From Candidatus Komeilibacteria bacterium (GTDB lineage: Bacteria > Patescibacteriota > Patescibacteriia > UBA1558), in the NCBI GenBank assembly GCA_048538275.1, contig JBLYPW010000004.1:7567-71566 (forward strand): a stretch of DNA of 64,000 bases, given 5' to 3'. This document shows positions 60,521 through 64,000 of the stretch, piece by piece (positions within the stretch are counted from its first letter, which is position 1; every line of letters begins with the position of its first letter). The notes under the pieces were generated by a model that worked only from the letters and a program-made list of their open reading frames with translations, had not been told where the DNA came from and did not search any database. The position numbers were made by a program, and so were the translations under genes.

Positions 60521-60557
60521 AAAATCCGACACCATGCTTGGTAATCGGATTTTTGTT
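60521..60557 (+). terminator. Terminator hairpin AATCCGA/TCGGATT plus T-run
   Basis: After the trxA stop. Confidence 0.6.
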
Positions 60558-61182
60558 ATGTTTGTGGAGGTTTTTAGGTAATCACATTTTTGGCCAACAA
60601 GTGTTTATCAAGATCTGACCTTGGCATGATACGATATTTTAGTTCTTTATTATTCAATATATCTACGATAGCTGCGGTTATTTCGGATGATCAGAAATTT
60701 TTGCTTAGCTGTTTTGGAAAGATTGAAATGAGCGTGGGTTATTAGCGCATTGACTAGGTAAAGGCCCATATCAATGATGCGGCGCTTGCCTTGTTTTTTC
60801 ACGGAAACTAACCGTGTAATCAAGGATCGCCCACTTGTTCATGTCGCAAGCTAGTTTCACTGGGGAAATTATAGCAAACTTGTTTGAGAGGTGATTCACA
60901 TTGACAAGGTATTGATATATCAAAGGCGCTCGGCTCCGCTGCGCTTTACATTTTTGAGAATAATAGCATTGTTTATCCGATACTTGTCATTGTCACCATT
61001 GCTAGAAGTACCGACGGCGCGGATTAATAAGTCAATTTTTTCAGAACCAGCAGTTATGAAGGTTGCTTCAATTCTTAAGTCGTTTATGGGTATTTACTTT
61101 GCCTTGTTAAATTTTCAATATTATAGCAATTTATCCTCCAATGAGGACGATAGTCAATAATTATTAACTAAGTATTAAAAAT

Positions 61183-62406
61183 ATGTCCGTCATTAATAGC
61201 GCAAAAAAACAGCTGGAAATAGCAGCAAAAAAATTAAATTGGACAACTGGCCAATTAAAAGCAATTGCCAAGCCGGATAGAATCATTGCCGACAAAGTTA
61301 AACTAAAATTAGATAATGGTCGGATTAAAATAGTGAAAGTTTATCGGGTGCAGCACAATAATTGGCGTGGCCCTTATAAGGGTGGCGTGCGTTTTCATCC
61401 GCAGGCGGATATTAATGAGGTTAAAGCTTTGGCTTTATGGATGACTATCAAAACAGCGGTGGCCAACTTGCCCCTGGGAGGAGCTAAGGGTGGCGCTCAG
61501 ATCAATCCCAAGGCTTTGTCATTGGCAGAAAAAGAAAGATTGGCGCGAGGTTGGGTCAAAATAATGAGTCCTTATATCGGACCACAAAAAGACGTGCCGG
61601 CGCCCGATGTATACACCGATCCGCAAATTATGGCTTGGATGAACGACGAATACAAAAAAATAACGGGAGTAAAAACAGAGGGAAGTTTTACTGGCAAGCC
61701 AATTAATACAGGAGGTTCTCGGGGACGTGATGTAGCTACGGCGCAAGGCGGTTTTTATTTATTGCAAGAATTGATTAAACGAGGTTCGTTAATAAAACCA
61801 AAAGTTATTATTCAGGGATTTGGCAATGCTGGGCAGACTATGGCAAAATTATGCAGTCGCGCTGGTTATAAAATTATTGGTTTGTCCGATTCACAAGGCG
61901 CTATTTTTAATGATAGGGGCGTTGATTTAAAAGCAGTAATAGAACATAAAGAAAAGACCGGCAGCGTGATTGGTTTTAAGAAAGCCAAAACAATGGATAA
62001 TAAAAAACTTTTAGAGCAAGCTACTGACATTTTAATACCAGCTGCTTTGGACAATCAAATTACAGACAAGAACGTTGGTCGTATCAAGGCAGCTATTATA
62101 TTGGAGCTGGCTAATGGCCCAATCAGCAGTGGCGCTGATGCAAAGTTGTATAAAAAGGGCGTCGTGGTAGTACCTGATGTTTTAGCTAATAGTGGCGGCG
62201 TTATTGTGTCTTATTTAGAAATGATACAAAATAAAAAGAGGCAGCAATGGTCACGCGCCGAGGTGCTGGCTAGGTTGCGCAAGCAAATTATTCGCGCTGC
62301 CGATCAGGTGGAAAGTTTAGCAACCAAAAGTAATATTAGTTGGCGGGTGGCGGCTTATATGTTAGCTTTGCAAAGATTGGATAAGGTCAAAGAAAGGCGG
62401 GCGTGA
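61183..62406 (+). CDS. gdhA: Glutamate dehydrogenase (Glu/Leu/Phe/Val dehydrogenase family)
   Basis: GPYKGGVRFHPQ and LPLGGAKGG motifs. NAD(P) GFGNAG Rossmann motif. Confidence 0.9.
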   Translation: MSVINSAKKQLEIAAKKLNWTTGQLKAIAKPDRIIADKVKLKLDNGRIKIVKVYRVQHNNWRGPYKGGVRFHPQADINEVKALALWMTIKTAVANLPLGGAKGGAQINPKALSLAEKERLARGWVKIMSPYIGPQKDVPAPDVYTDPQIMAWMNDEYKKITGVKTEGSFTGKPINTGGSRGRDVATAQGGFYLLQELIKRGSLIKPKVIIQGFGNAGQTMAKLCSRAGYKIIGLSDSQGAIFNDRGVDLKAVIEHKEKTGSVIGFKKAKTMDNKKLLEQATDILIPAALDNQITDKNVGRIKAAIILELANGPISSGADAKLYKKGVVVVPDVLANSGGVIVSYLEMIQNKKRQQWSRAEVLARLRKQIIRAADQVESLATKSNISWRVAAYMLALQRLDKVKERRA

Positions 62407-62560
62407 TATTGTCAGTAGGCTTAATATATTATAGTAGCTTTTTTATAGATCTGCCGGCGATGCAAAAAAAAAATAATTAGATGGTAAGTCATTTAGCTCC
62501 GCACCAGATGGTGCGGAGCTTAAAATTATATTCAGTTGCGAGATTTGTTATAATGTATTT

Positions 62561-63142
62561 ATGAACAAAAAAAATATTATTGCCGGTGTGGATGAAGCCG
62601 GGCGCGGCGCTTGGGCTGGCCCGCTGGTAGCGGCGGCCGTTATTCTTAAAAACTTTTCTCGTCGTCAAGAATTACGAGACTCAAAAAAGTTGACTGATAA
62701 ACAGCGTCGTTGTTTATATAAAGACATAAAGAAAGAATGTGTATATTCCATTGGTCGGGCGACGACAAAAGAAATTTTTAAGCTGGGTTTGCAAGCCGCC
62801 AATATTTTGGCAGCGCAACGCGCGCTTGATGGGCTGACGACAAAGCCAGATAAGGTTTGTCTTGATATGATACGTGGTTTTCATTATCATATACCGTTTG
62901 AATTAATTATAGATGGCGATGATAAAGAAGCTTGCATACAAGCGGCAAGTATTGTGGCAAAGGTTACTAGGGACAATGCATTAATTCGTTTAAGCAAGCG
63001 TTTTCCGGCTTATTTGTGGGAGGAAAATAAAGGATATGGCACAGCGGCTCATCGCCAAGCCTTATTACGGCACGGCATAAGCCAGCAGCATAGAATAAAG
63101 TACAAACCTATAAGAGAAATACTTGACTCTAACCAAAGATAG
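62561..63142 (+). CDS. rnhB: Ribonuclease HII
   Basis: IAGVDEAGRGAWAGPLVAAAVIL. Confidence 0.9.
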   Translation: MNKKNIIAGVDEAGRGAWAGPLVAAAVILKNFSRRQELRDSKKLTDKQRRCLYKDIKKECVYSIGRATTKEIFKLGLQAANILAAQRALDGLTTKPDKVCLDMIRGFHYHIPFELIIDGDDKEACIQAASIVAKVTRDNALIRLSKRFPAYLWEENKGYGTAAHRQALLRHGISQQHRIKYKPIREILDSNQR

Positions 63143-63187
63143 TTTTTTTTGTTATAATATAAGAGTTAAAAAGTATTATCAATCATT

Positions 63188-63742
63188 ATGAAAATAGACG
63201 GCGCAGGTGGCAATCAGTTATTGAATCCAGAACATATTCTAAAAGATATATTACGTTTGGACTTTGGGTCGCGCGTGGCTGATTTGGGTTGTGGTTCAAT
63301 GGCTTATTTTACTTTGGCAGCGGCACATATTGTAGGTAAAGACGGCCAAGTCTATGCGGTTGATATTTTAAAAGATGTTTTGTCATCAGTGCAAAGCAAA
63401 GCACAATTACAACGCCTAGATAATATAAAAACAGTTTGGAGTAATTTGGAAATATACGGAGCCACTCAGGTGCCAACTGATTTGGATTATGTTTTTTTGG
63501 TAACTACCTTATTTCAAAACACACAGCACTTGCCAGTTTTAAAGGAAGCTGCTAGGGTCTTAAAGGAGGGAGGAAAAATGTTATTAGTAGAATGGTTGCC
63601 ACAAAACACTGCCATTGGTCCGGCCCTGGCCAAGCGTTTGAAGCCAGAACAAATCAAGGCATACACTCAAGAAGCGGGATTTAAATTACAACAAGAGTTT
63701 AAGGCCGGCTCTTATCATTATGGTATGATTTTTGAAAAGTAA
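63188..63742 (+). CDS. Class I SAM-dependent methyltransferase
   Basis: Motif I VADLGCGSMAYFT. Rossmann-fold length. Confidence 0.7.
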   Translation: MKIDGAGGNQLLNPEHILKDILRLDFGSRVADLGCGSMAYFTLAAAHIVGKDGQVYAVDILKDVLSSVQSKAQLQRLDNIKTVWSNLEIYGATQVPTDLDYVFLVTTLFQNTQHLPVLKEAARVLKEGGKMLLVEWLPQNTAIGPALAKRLKPEQIKAYTQEAGFKLQQEFKAGSYHYGMIFEK

Positions 63743-63743
63743 T

Positions 63744-64000
63744 ATGATTAACTGGTTACAATTAGATTATCTTTTTACAAATTATATGCCGCTGATCAGT
63801 CAGCGAGTTTTATTGATAGCCACCATAATATATTTGGCTATATTTGTAGCGGCTATTGTATTTGCATGGTTGCGAAAAAGGAAAAACATTTCGGCATTGT
63901 ATCGTCGTCTTTGGCAGAAGTTAGCTAGTTGGGCCTTTTCTTTCAGTTTAATAGGTTTATTATTATTATTTTTTCGACAACAATTGGTGCCATATTTAGG
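63744..64000 (+). CDS. Hypothetical membrane protein, 5' partial at window end
   Basis: Hydrophobic ORF MINWLQLDYLF...IATIIYLAIFVAAIVFAWL running off the window. Confidence 0.35.
   Translation, partial: MINWLQLDYLFTNYMPLISQRVLLIATIIYLAIFVAAIVFAWLRKRKNISALYRRLWQKLASWAFSFSLIGLLLLFFRQQLVPYL

Noticed and set aside
60891-61160. 89-aa plus-strand ORF upstream of gdhA
   Set aside because: No RBS. Low-complexity Leu/Ile/Phe/Arg composition typical of AT-rich non-coding sequence. The region is better explained as an intergenic gene remnant.
1-64000. CRISPR arrays, rRNA genes, transposases or integrases
   Set aside because: No regularly spaced direct repeats, no rRNA-like conserved stretches, and no ORF with DDE, tyrosine or serine recombinase signatures were seen anywhere in the window.

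Overview
This 64 kb window reads as a gene-dense, AT-rich (roughly 35-40% GC by eye) chromosome segment with short intergenic gaps and frequent 4-nt ATGA start/stop overlaps. Its content suggests a reduced-genome bacterium of the Patescibacteria/CPR type. This placement is inference only: it rests on all four tRNAs carrying a genomically encoded CCA, on a FemAB-family gene, and on a tandem array of TrbC/VirB2-like 'T4SS pilin' paralogs. Recognisable core genes are polA, holA, rpsT, truB, uvrB, ruvA, a Mur ligase, rpoB, rpoC, ftsK, recA, galU, yebC, ruvC, glgA, glgP, a PBP1A, trxB, trxA, a glutamate dehydrogenase and rnhB. The origin-proximal synteny is present, with dnaN and dnaA on the minus strand diverging from rpmH-rnpA-yidD-yidC on the plus strand. 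The most unusual content falls in four places. First, an 8-gene tandem array of pilin-like paralogs (34.1-38.0 kb) in which the first and last copies carry Cys-rich C-terminal domains; the array sits in a glycosylation-like neighbourhood (Wzx-like flippase, O-antigen-ligase/Wzy_C protein, GalU, a GT-C-like membrane protein, PGI/PMI). Second, a compositionally anomalous GC-rich segment between tRNA-Arg and tRNA-Ala (about 55.98-57.93 kb) that contains a frameshifted membrane-protein gene with its own consensus promoter, RBS and terminator, many hairpins, a C9-10 homopolymer, twin 14-bp palindromes and a low-complexity ORF whose coding strand is ambiguous. Third, a CsoR-family two-Cys, no-His regulator with a perfect 17-bp palindromic operator overlapping its consensus promoter, directly upstream of trxB-trxA. 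Fourth, a membrane-protein gene interrupted by a single in-frame TGA (147..734). No rRNA, CRISPR array, integrase or transposase was recognised. All calls come from reading the sequence and ORF track; no database search was run.
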